NCBI GenBank assembly: GCA_036679645.1
Contig: JAZDCY010000055.1
Coordinates: 1-38,439 of the forward strand
From: Gemmatimonadota bacterium
GTDB lineage: Bacteria; Gemmatimonadota; Gemmatimonadetes; Gemmatimonadales; GWC2-71-9
Length of the DNA stretch: 38,439 nt
Direction: 5' to 3'
Shown here one piece after another: positions 29,945-38,439 of the stretch; position 1 is the first letter of the stretch, and each line of letters begins with the position of its first letter. The position numbers were made by a program, and so were the translations under genes. The notes under the pieces are model-generated. The model saw only the letters and a program-made list of their open reading frames with translations. It did not search any database and had not been told where the DNA came from.

Positions 29945-32900
29945 ATGGGACGCAAGCTTGCACTCCTGCTCGCCACGGCCACGGGCGCGATTGCCCTGGC
30001 GTCGTGTGGCGATGCACTGAAGATCGGCCCCGGTGGAGTCGTGGCTATCGTGGTCGCGCCCGACAGTGTCGCCCTCGCGGTCGGAAGCTCGATAGAACTC
30101 GACGCGGTCCCCATCGACTCCACCGGAGCGTTCCTGCAGGGCTTTCTGGTTACCTGGACCAGCAGTGCGCCTGGTGTCGCGTCGGTGGACGAGATCGGCA
30201 CCGTCACCGGCCTCGCCAGCGGATCGGCTGTCATCACGGCGACCGTCGAGGGGTTCGACGGCAACGCGAACGTCAGCGTCGACCTTGCGCCGAGTATCAG
30301 CCTCTCGATCGACACAGTCGCGTTCAGCGCCGTAGCTGGAGGGGCCGATCCCCCCTCGGACTCGGTCACTGTCGCCAACGGCGGCGGTTTCACGCTCGAC
30401 GGGATCTCCGTCTCCGCGATCACCTACGCCGATTCGATCAACGGCTGGCTTGCGGCGACCCTCGACTCCACCACAGCGCCGGCCACGCTCGTGTTGAGCG
30501 CGATCTCCACCGGGATCACCGTCGCGGCGACGTACACGGCCTCCGTCGAGATCCTCGCCGCGACCGCGAGCGCGCCAGACACCGTCGCGGTCGCGCTGGC
30601 GCTCGCGGCTGATGTGCCCGATACCGTGAGCATCAGCGCGGGCGACAATCAGGTCGGTGTAGCGGGCGGCGCGGTCACCACGCTTCCCTCCGTGCGGCTC
30701 ATCGACCAATTCGACAACCCGGTACCCGGCATCACCGTAACCTTCTCGGTCACCGGCGGGGGCGGGTCGATCACGGGTAGTGTGCAGGTGACGGACGCGC
30801 AGGGGACTGCGACGGTGGGGAGTTGGACGTTGGGGTCGGGTCTCGGAGCGCACACGCTGCAGGCACTCGTGACCGGTCTTCCGCCCATCACCTTCACCGC
30901 CACGGCGAATCCGGCACCAGCATCGGTCATCGCGGTGATTGCAGGCGACGGACAGTCGACGGTTGCCGGCACGTCGGTGCCAACCTCGCCGCAGGTTCAG
31001 GTCACCGACGCGTTCAGCAACCCGGTTGCCGGTATCGCCGTGACGTTTGCGGTGACTGCGGGCGGCGGGTCTACGGTGGGGCCGAGCCAGACGACCGATG
31101 CGAATGGCCTCGCGACGGTCGGCACATGGACGCTTGGGACGGTTGTGGGAACGAATACGCTGGACGTCACGGCGACGGGAGTTGCGGGTACGGCCACGTT
31201 TACGGCGACCGGTATCGCCGGCGCCGCGGCGCAGATCGCGTCATCCGACGGAGATGCGCAGACCGATACCGTCGCGGCGACGCTAGCCACCGCACCGGCC
31301 GTGCTCGTGACCGACCTGAACGGCAATCCCGTTGCCGGGGTGCAGGTCACCTACGCGGTAGCAACCGGTGGCGGCAGCATCTCGGCCGGTGTGCAAACGA
31401 CGGACGCCGCCGGCACGGCGACGCTCGGGAGCTGGACGCTCGGGGCCGTGGCGGGTGCCCAGTCGCTCACGGCCACCGCAGCGGGTGTCGGGATCACGGG
31501 TAACCCGGTCACCATTAGTGCCACTGCTACAGCGGGGGCCGCGTTCGCGCTTACGGTGGGTGCCGGGGACAATCAGAGTGCCACCGCCGGGACCGCGGTG
31601 GGCATCCCACCAGAAGCCGTCGCCACTGACCAGTTCGGCAATCCCATCGCAGGCGTAGCCGTCACGTTCGCCGTTACGTCGGGTGGAGGCAGCATCACCG
31701 GCCCCGCGCAAACGACCGATGTCACCGGTATGGCGCGCGTGACGAGCTGGACATTGGGCGCAGGTGTCGGCAGCAACACGCTGCAGGCGACCTCAACGCT
31801 TGGTCTGACGGGAGAGCCGGTTGTCTTTACCGCGACGGGCATTTCTGGCACGGCCACGACCATGGCGTTGGTGAGTGGTAACGCGCAGACCGACACGATT
31901 GGCGCGCCGCTGCCCACACCCTACACGGTCAGAATCACCGACACCAACGGCAACGGCGTTCCAGGTGTACCGGTGGCGTGGAACGTCACCGGCGGTGGTG
32001 GGTCGATTCCCGCAACGGCGACGACCGATGCCGCGGGCCTCGCCGTGGCGACGCACACCCTTGGGGACGTGCTCGGGCCACAGACGGTCGATGCGGCGGT
32101 GGGTGGGTTAACCGGTTCTCCCGTGATGCTCTCGTCGACCGCGACCGTTGGGAACCCCGCGACCATGTCGATGATCCCGGGGGGGAACAACCAGACGGCG
32201 GTGGTGAACACCGCAGTCGCGCTTGCCCCAGAGGTGCTGGTGGTAGACCGCGTCGGCAACACCATCTCCGGGGTGTCCGTCACGTTCTCGCCCACCGCCG
32301 GCGGAGGCAACGCCGTGGGCGGTGCGGCCACGACAGGCGTCAACGGGCAGGCCGCCGTTACCAGCTGGACGCTCGGTACTAGCGCGGGGGCGAGCAACAA
32401 CACGCTGCAGGCACTAGTGGCTGGTTCAGGCATCACCAACAATCCGTTGTCATTCCTCGCGTCGGCGACCCCGGGGGCCGTGGACCTCGCGGTGTCAACT
32501 ATTTCCGGGGGCAGTAGCACCATTACGGCGAACGACAATGCGTCCAGCACGTCGGCAGTGACCATCACGATCACCGACCAGTTCGGCAACCCGCTTGTGG
32601 GCGAAACGGTCACGTTCTCGGCGAGCGGAACGAGTAACTTCTTCTCTCCAAACACATCGGGCACGACGGCCGCTAACGGGCAGATCATCCGGGGCTTCTA
32701 TTCGACGCAAGCCGTCGGCAAGACGATCTCAGCCAGCGTGACGGGCAAAGGTGCGCTTCCGAGCACGGCGGCTGTGACCGTCAATCCGGCAGCGGCAAGC
32801 CTCAGCGCCTCGTCGATGGATGCCACAGAGCCGATCACGGCTAGCGCGGGGACTGTTCTGTCGACAGTCAGTATCACGGTTCTGGACGCTTTTCTGAATC

Positions 32901-33730
32901 CGCGCGCTGGTGATGCGGTAACGATCTCGGTCACCGGTTCGGGGAATTCCCTCAATCAACCTGGATCGACGAACGCGAGTGGCCAGACGACGGCTTCCTG
33001 GTCCTCCACGGTCGCGCAAACCAAGACTGTATCTGCGATCATCACCGGGGTAGGAACCATTCAACAGACCGATCTGGTGTTGGTGGATAATGGACCGGCC
33101 GCTTCTATCGTGCTCTCTACCGGCAGCGGTCAGACAGCCGTCGTGGGTAACGCGGTGATTACCGATCCTCGAGTTCTGGTCAGAGATGCCTTCAATAACC
33201 CCGTGGATGGTGTCTCGATAACGTTTACGGTAGCAAGTGGAGGCGGCTCGGCCACGGGCACGAGCAAGACGACGAGCACGAGCGGTTTGGCGTCTGTCAC
33301 GAGCTGGACCCTGGGCGCCTCGACCGGCATGTCGAGCACCGGCACCTTCAGCAACTCATTGCAAGCGACTGCGCCGTCCAACGTATTGTCAGGCGAGCCC
33401 GTGAGCTTTTCTGCGAGCGCAATCTATTCATACGCGACTCATGTTCAGCCCATCTGGACCTCCAACTGCAACGGTTGTCACAACTGGACCAGAGCAACCA
33501 CCCTGGGTGTGAACGCCAGTTGCGACAGCCCCAACAACAACATTTGGGACTATGTCGCGACCGGTGGGGGCACGACCGCCGAAACCCGCAGCGTGATCAT
33601 GCATCGGATGGACGGCAATACGAGTGGTATCCCCGGGTGCAATTCGGTCATGCCCCCGTCAGGCTCGATCTCGGGCACCTTCCTCACTCGGCTCCGAGCC
33701 TGGATTCGGAACGGGGCACCGAATAACTGA
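29945..33730 (+). CDS. Giant Ig-repeat lipoprotein (Big_2, BACON-like, ~9 invasin/intimin-type Big_1-like repeats) with C-terminal c-type cytochrome-like domain
   Basis: MGRK...LASC lipobox; repeats with DxxxN(P)...VTF...GGG...WTLG; tail SYATHVQPIWTSNCNGCH...VMPP...LRAWIRNGA. Confidence 0.85.
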   Translation: MGRKLALLLATATGAIALASCGDALKIGPGGVVAIVVAPDSVALAVGSSIELDAVPIDSTGAFLQGFLVTWTSSAPGVASVDEIGTVTGLASGSAVITATVEGFDGNANVSVDLAPSISLSIDTVAFSAVAGGADPPSDSVTVANGGGFTLDGISVSAITYADSINGWLAATLDSTTAPATLVLSAISTGITVAATYTASVEILAATASAPDTVAVALALAADVPDTVSISAGDNQVGVAGGAVTTLPSVRLIDQFDNPVPGITVTFSVTGGGGSITGSVQVTDAQGTATVGSWTLGSGLGAHTLQALVTGLPPITFTATANPAPASVIAVIAGDGQSTVAGTSVPTSPQVQVTDAFSNPVAGIAVTFAVTAGGGSTVGPSQTTDANGLATVGTWTLGTVVGTNTLDVTATGVAGTATFTATGIAGAAAQIASSDGDAQTDTVAATLATAPAVLVTDLNGNPVAGVQVTYAVATGGGSISAGVQTTDAAGTATLGSWTLGAVAGAQSLTATAAGVGITGNPVTISATATAGAAFALTVGAGDNQSATAGTAVGIPPEAVATDQFGNPIAGVAVTFAVTSGGGSITGPAQTTDVTGMARVTSWTLGAGVGSNTLQATSTLGLTGEPVVFTATGISGTATTMALVSGNAQTDTIGAPLPTPYTVRITDTNGNGVPGVPVAWNVTGGGGSIPATATTDAAGLAVATHTLGDVLGPQTVDAAVGGLTGSPVMLSSTATVGNPATMSMIPGGNNQTAVVNTAVALAPEVLVVDRVGNTISGVSVTFSPTAGGGNAVGGAATTGVNGQAAVTSWTLGTSAGASNNTLQALVAGSGITNNPLSFLASATPGAVDLAVSTISGGSSTITANDNASSTSAVTITITDQFGNPLVGETVTFSASGTSNFFSPNTSGTTAANGQIIRGFYSTQAVGKTISASVTGKGALPSTAAVTVNPAAASLSASSMDATEPITASAGTVLSTVSITVLDAFLNPRAGDAVTISVTGSGNSLNQPGSTNASGQTTASWSSTVAQTKTVSAIITGVGTIQQTDLVLVDNGPAASIVLSTGSGQTAVVGNAVITDPRVLVRDAFNNPVDGVSITFTVASGGGSATGTSKTTSTSGLASVTSWTLGASTGMSSTGTFSNSLQATAPSNVLSGEPVSFSASAIYSYATHVQPIWTSNCNGCHNWTRATTLGVNASCDSPNNNIWDYVATGGGTTAETRSVIMHRMDGNTSGIPGCNSVMPPSGSISGTFLTRLRAWIRNGAPNN

Positions 33731-33731
33731 A

Positions 33732-33801
33732 GAACACTGAACACTGAACACTGAACGCCGAACGTCGAACATCCAACTTCGACGTTCGAGGTTCAACGTT
33801 G
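33732..33801. repeat. Heptamer tandem array with inverted second arm
   Basis: GAACACT x3, GAACGCC, GAACGTC, GAACATC, CAACTTC, then reverse-oriented GACGTTC, GAGGTTC, AACGTTG. Confidence 0.85.
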
Positions 33802-33815
33802 CCCAGTTTCCCCCC

Positions 33816-33831
33816 TGGCACATCCCCTGCT
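33816..33831 (+). promoter_or_regulatory. Candidate sigma54 (-24/-12) promoter
   Basis: TGGCACATCCCCTGCT, GG-N10-GC, upstream of the second giant Ig gene. Confidence 0.6.
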
Positions 33832-33897
33832 TTTTGTGATGGCCTGAGACCTTCATCAGTTAGTTCTACCCCGTAACAGGCTTATTGACAACGACTT

Positions 33898-36800
33898 ATG
33901 ATCGAGCGTGAGGTTCGAAGAATTGTGACACGTCACTATCGTGGACTCGCTGCGACAGTCTTAGCCGCACTGGCGGTGCAGGCGTGCGACGACACCATCC
34001 CGCAGCTTGGCCCTGGGGTGGTCGTCGAGGTGCGGGTGAGTCCTGACACGGTTGCGCTGCGCGTCGGCGCGACGCGCACGCTGCTAGCCGTTCCGCTCGA
34101 CGCGACCGGGTCCTTGCTTCCCGGCAAGAACGTCTCGTGGTCCACCAGCGACGCAAGCATTGCTTCGGTCGACAGTAAAGGCGGCGTCACGGGGGTGAAT
34201 CCGGGCAGGGCCACGATTACGGCGATGATCGATGGCATCGAGGGAGGGGCCGAGACGGTCGTGGATCTGGCGCCGTCGATTGCGTTGTCGCGAGACAGCC
34301 TGGTGCTCACGGCGCAGGCCGGAGAGGCGGACCCACCGCCCGATACCGTCGTCATCACCAACGGCGGTGGGTTCGACCTCATCGGGCTCACCGTGGGTGC
34401 GGTCTCGTACTTCGACAGCGTCACCGGATGGCTCAATGTCACGCTCGATTCCGCCGAGGCGCCCGCCCACCTCGTGCTGAGCGCCATGACGACCTCGTTC
34501 ACCACGCCCATGGATCTGTCCGCGCGCATCGAGATCGAATCGTTCGACGCCATCAACACGCCCTTGGCGCTGATCGTTCGGCTTGCGGTCCAGCCTGGAC
34601 CGGCAGCGGGTGGGGTTGCCGTCAGCGGCAGCAGCCAAGGCGGGACAGCGGGTGGCGCCGCCGGCGATCCTCCGTCAGTGACCGTGACCGACCAATTCGG
34701 CAATGGGGTGCCGGGCATGGACGTCATCTTCACCGTGACCGGGGGTGGTGGCAGCATCACCGACAGCGTGCAGGTGACCGACCCGCAGGGCACGGCCACG
34801 GTGGGCGGTTGGGTACTCGGAAACGTGGTAGGCCCGAACACGCTCGAGGCACATTTCCCCGGCTTGTCCCTCCCGCCGATCGTGTTCAACGCCACGAGTC
34901 AGCCCGGCACGCCAACACAGATAGTCGGCAGCGCGGGAGACGGGCAGACGGCCACGGTCGGATCTGCTGTCCCGGTCGCGCCGGCTGTGACCCTGACCGA
35001 CCAGTTTGGTAACCTCGTGGAAGGGGCTACCGTCGCCTTTACCGTGGTGCAGGGTGGCGGTTCGGTGGCCGGCTCGTCGCCGCTCACCGGGACCGACGGT
35101 ACGGCAACGGTCGGATCGTGGACCCTCGGCCTGCCTGCGGGCCCGAACGGGCTGCGGGCAACGGTCGATGGCGTTGCCGACACGGTCGTGTTCGCGGCCA
35201 CCGGCGTCGCCGGGGCGGCGGACACCGTCTTCGCCTCAGCGGGAGACGGACAGTTCGCCGAGGCGGGGTCGGCGGTTGCCGTGGCACCTGCGGTGACGGT
35301 GACCGACGAGTTCGGCAACCCGGTATCCGGTGTTACGGTCACCTTCTCTATCACGTCGGGCGGTGGGGCCATCACCGACAGCGTCAAGACGACCGGGGCT
35401 GACGGGGTCGCAACGCTCGGTTCCTGGACGCTGGGAACCGCCCCCGGGGTCAATACCATCAACGTATCTGCCCCTGGTCTGCTCGGCAGCCCCGTGCCGT
35501 TCGTGGCCACCGCGACGGTAGGGGCCGCCGCAAACATCGCACTGAATGCGGGAGACAACGAGACGGCGACCGTGGGCACACCTGTGTCGCTTGCCCCGTC
35601 GGTGCTCGTCACCGACCAGTTTGGAAATCCGGCGGCAGGTGTCACGGTCACGTTCGCGGTCGCATCGGGCGGCGGGAACGTGACCGCTGCGTCCCAATCC
35701 ACCGACGCGAGCGGCATTGCGACAGTCGGGGCGTGGACGCTCGGGACGGTACCAGGGACGAACACGCTTACCGCAACCGCGGCCGGAGGCACCGTGGCGG
35801 GGAATCCCGTCACGTTCACGGCTACGGCCACGGTCGGCGCGGCGGCACAGATTGCAGCGAACGATGGAGATGGCCAGAGCAGCACCGTCGGCTCCGCGGT
35901 CGGGACGGCACCGTCGGTTTTGGTCAGCGATCAGTTCGGCAATCCCGTTGCGAGTGTGGCCGTCACCTTCGCCGTGCCGTCCGGCGGAGGGGGGGGGAGC
36001 ATCACCGGCGCGGCGCAAACCACGGACGCGGGCGGCATTGCCCGGGTCGGCACGTGGACTTTGGGTACCGCTGTGGGGACGAACACGCTGGAAGCGACGT
36101 CCACGGGATTGACCGGGAGCCCGGTGACCTTTACCGCAACCGGCACGGTCGATGTCGCGAGTGCGATCACGATGAATGCCGGCAACGGGCAGTCGGCGGA
36201 GGTCGGTACGGCCGTTCCCGTGCCGCCGTCGGTGATCGTTACGGACCAGTTCGGCAATCCCGTTGCGGGGGCGCCGGTGACGTTTGCCGTTACGGTGGGG
36301 GGCGGCGCGGTCGTTCCCACCACACCCGTCAACACCGGTGCTGACGGGGTGGCTTCCGCGACATCGTGGACGCTGGGGAACACGCCGGGCCCAAACACGC
36401 TGCAGGCGACGTCGGGCAGCCTCACGGGCAGCCCAGTGAGCTTCACGGCCACCGGCACTGCCGGTGGGGCGGCACAGGTCGCCGTGAACCAGGGTGACGG
36501 GCAGACCGCCAATGCGGGAACTGCGGTGGCCGTACCGCCGTCGGTGATTGTCACCGATCAGTTCGGCAATCCGGTGCAGGGAGCGAGCGTGACGTTCGCC
36601 GTCGCGTCCGGCGGGGGCAGCGTCAATCCCACGACCCCACTCACGACTGACGCGAGCGGTGTCGCGACCGTGACGTCGTGGACGTTGGGCACGGTCCCGG
36701 TCACGAACACACTTAGCGCCACGGTGGTTGGTGCGGGCATAACGGGCAATCCGGTCACGTTCACAGCCACGGGTATCGTTGGACCGGCGGCGAATATCGC

Positions 36801-38439
36801 GGTCAACGACGGCAACAACCAGAGCGCTCCGGTCACGACCGCCGTGACCATCGCCCCGTCGGTGGTCGTCACCGATCAGTTCGGGAACCCCGTCTCCGGA
36901 ACCGCGGTCACGTTCGGTGTGACCTCCGGGTCGGGAGTGGTCGGTCCCACGACGCCCATCACCACTGACGCGAGCGGCATCGCCCGCGTGACTTCGTGGA
37001 CGCTCGGGCCGTCGGTAGGTACCAACACGCTGCAAGCCACGACCGGCCTCGCGCTCTTTGGCGAACCGGTCACGTTCACCGCGAACGGATCGTCGGGCGC
37101 GCCCGCCACGGTCGTGATGAGTGCCGGCAATAACCAGACAGCAACTGTGGGCACCGCGGTATCCGTGGCACCCGCGGTATTGGTCACCGATGCGACATCC
37201 AATCCCGTGCAGGGCGTGACCGTGACCTTTGCTCCAGCATCGGGTGGCGGGAGCGTCACTGGTGCGGTGCAGACGACGAACGCGTCGGGAATTGCCACCG
37301 TTGCAAGCTGGACGCTGGGAACCGCCGCGGGCGCCAACTCGCTCAGCGCCACCGTCTCTGGGGCGGGCATCACGGGGAATCCGGTCCTCTTCAGTGCGAC
37401 CGCCACGGCGGGCAGCGCCACCACGATCGCGATGAACGCGGGGAACGGGCAGAGTGCTACGGTTGGTACCGCGGTTGCCGTCGCACCGTCGGCGTTCGTG
37501 TCGGATCAGTTCGGTAACCCCGTGGCGGGTGTGTCGGTCAACTTCGCGGTGACCGGCGGAGGCGGCAGCGCGCTGGGAGGGAACCAGACGACGAACGCCG
37601 GCGGTGTTGCTACCGTCACTAGCTGGACTTTGGGAAGCGTCGCGGGCGCGAATACGCTTTCAGCCACGACGGGTATTCCGCTCACCAACGAACCCCTTGC
37701 GTTCACTGCCACCGGTCTGGCTGGTGCGCCCGCCGCGCTTTCGGTGGCCGTCCAACCCTCCGCGGCGGCTCAGAGCGGTGTCAACTTCGTGCAGCAGCCC
37801 TCCGTTCAGCTGGTCGATGGATTTGGCAATGCGGTGAGCCAGGCGAGCGTCACAATCGACGCGGCGCTCGGGTCGGGTTCCGGTGGAGGCCTCGGGGGAA
37901 CCACCGCGGCTACGACTAATGCGTCGGGGCTCGCCACGTTTGTCGATCTCGCGATCACCGGGCCGGTGGGCGACTACACGCTCGACTTCACGTCAACAGG
38001 GCTCGGGGTGACGTCCTCCGGAACGATCACGCTGAGCGCCGGTGCGGCATCCACGATCGCGCTCAATACGGGTGACGGGCAGTCGGCTACCGTCAACAAC
38101 GCGGTCACCCTTGCCCCGTCCGTTTTGGTGACCGACGGTGGCGGGAACCCGGTTTCAGGGGTGAGCGTCACCTTCGGCGTGACCGCGGGTGGTGGTGGCG
38201 TGACCGGCGGGAGTGCGGCGACGACTGCGTCCGGCATTGCCACCGTCGGTAGTTGGACCCTGGGCCAGACGGCCGGCAACAATACGCTGCAAGCCACGAC
38301 CGGACTCACGCTCACGGGCGAGCCCGTGACGTTCACCGCCACCGGTGTGGCGGACGCCGCCGCGACGATTTCCATGAACGCGGGCAACAACCAGACAGCG
38401 ACCGCCGGGGCGGCTGTTGCCGTGCCACCGTCGGTTCTC
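33898..38439 (+). CDS. Second giant Ig-repeat lipoprotein, >1500 aa, truncated by the window end (absent from ORF track)
   Basis: Manual translation: ATG33898 or GTG33925, ...LAALAVQAC lipobox, Big_2, BACON-like, then ~12 repeats of ~104 aa with DQFGNP; same frame at the window end; N-terminus paralogous to 29945-33730. Confidence 0.88.
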   Translation, partial: MIEREVRRIVTRHYRGLAATVLAALAVQACDDTIPQLGPGVVVEVRVSPDTVALRVGATRTLLAVPLDATGSLLPGKNVSWSTSDASIASVDSKGGVTGVNPGRATITAMIDGIEGGAETVVDLAPSIALSRDSLVLTAQAGEADPPPDTVVITNGGGFDLIGLTVGAVSYFDSVTGWLNVTLDSAEAPAHLVLSAMTTSFTTPMDLSARIEIESFDAINTPLALIVRLAVQPGPAAGGVAVSGSSQGGTAGGAAGDPPSVTVTDQFGNGVPGMDVIFTVTGGGGSITDSVQVTDPQGTATVGGWVLGNVVGPNTLEAHFPGLSLPPIVFNATSQPGTPTQIVGSAGDGQTATVGSAVPVAPAVTLTDQFGNLVEGATVAFTVVQGGGSVAGSSPLTGTDGTATVGSWTLGLPAGPNGLRATVDGVADTVVFAATGVAGAADTVFASAGDGQFAEAGSAVAVAPAVTVTDEFGNPVSGVTVTFSITSGGGAITDSVKTTGADGVATLGSWTLGTAPGVNTINVSAPGLLGSPVPFVATATVGAAANIALNAGDNETATVGTPVSLAPSVLVTDQFGNPAAGVTVTFAVASGGGNVTAASQSTDASGIATVGAWTLGTVPGTNTLTATAAGGTVAGNPVTFTATATVGAAAQIAANDGDGQSSTVGSAVGTAPSVLVSDQFGNPVASVAVTFAVPSGGGGGSITGAAQTTDAGGIARVGTWTLGTAVGTNTLEATSTGLTGSPVTFTATGTVDVASAITMNAGNGQSAEVGTAVPVPPSVIVTDQFGNPVAGAPVTFAVTVGGGAVVPTTPVNTGADGVASATSWTLGNTPGPNTLQATSGSLTGSPVSFTATGTAGGAAQVAVNQGDGQTANAGTAVAVPPSVIVTDQFGNPVQGASVTFAVASGGGSVNPTTPLTTDASGVATVTSWTLGTVPVTNTLSATVVGAGITGNPVTFTATGIVGPAANIAVNDGNNQSAPVTTAVTIAPSVVVTDQFGNPVSGTAVTFGVTSGSGVVGPTTPITTDASGIARVTSWTLGPSVGTNTLQATTGLALFGEPVTFTANGSSGAPATVVMSAGNNQTATVGTAVSVAPAVLVTDATSNPVQGVTVTFAPASGGGSVTGAVQTTNASGIATVASWTLGTAAGANSLSATVSGAGITGNPVLFSATATAGSATTIAMNAGNGQSATVGTAVAVAPSAFVSDQFGNPVAGVSVNFAVTGGGGSALGGNQTTNAGGVATVTSWTLGSVAGANTLSATTGIPLTNEPLAFTATGLAGAPAALSVAVQPSAAAQSGVNFVQQPSVQLVDGFGNAVSQASVTIDAALGSGSGGGLGGTTAATTNASGLATFVDLAITGPVGDYTLDFTSTGLGVTSSGTITLSAGAASTIALNTGDGQSATVNNAVTLAPSVLVTDGGGNPVSGVSVTFGVTAGGGGVTGGSAATTASGIATVGSWTLGQTAGNNTLQATTGLTLTGEPVTFTATGVADAAATISMNAGNNQTATAGAAVAVPPSVL

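Noticed and set aside
29590..38390. Numerous minus-strand and off-frame ORFs over the Ig-repeat genes
   Set aside because: Shadow ORFs from GC-rich Thr/Val/Gly/Ala codons; no independent motifs

Overview
High-GC bacterial chromosomal segment; the gene repertoire suggests Gemmatimonadota (inference, not verified). Left end (1-7.4 kb) is an accessory hotspot around tRNA-Ser(GGA): a degenerate excisionase-like ORF, an apparently intact tyrosine integrase with a duplicated N-terminal module, three vapBC toxin-antitoxin operons that all look leaderless, a stand-alone Clp NBD2 ATPase, an orphan ECF sigma and a kinase remnant. The middle holds envelope and housekeeping genes: DUF2911, a Tat-type PCYCGC-like protein, an alginate-export-family porin, a 1362-aa secreted protein with a T9SS-like C-terminal domain, UPF0182, PaaI thioesterase, copCD, a REP-like cluster, an SSS transporter/M19 dipeptidase operon, a beta-propeller, a lipoprotein, a disrupted ftcD and a Nudix hydrolase. 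The right end is a Ser/Thr kinase with extracellular Ig domains followed by two paralogous giant Ig-repeat lipoproteins. The first ends in a CxxCH c-type cytochrome-like domain; the second (>1500 aa) runs off the window and is missing from the ORF track. That kinase + Ig-stalk + heme-tip module and the unusual integrase/tRNA architecture are the best candidates for undescribed biology. All family assignments come from motif recognition by eye, without database searches.
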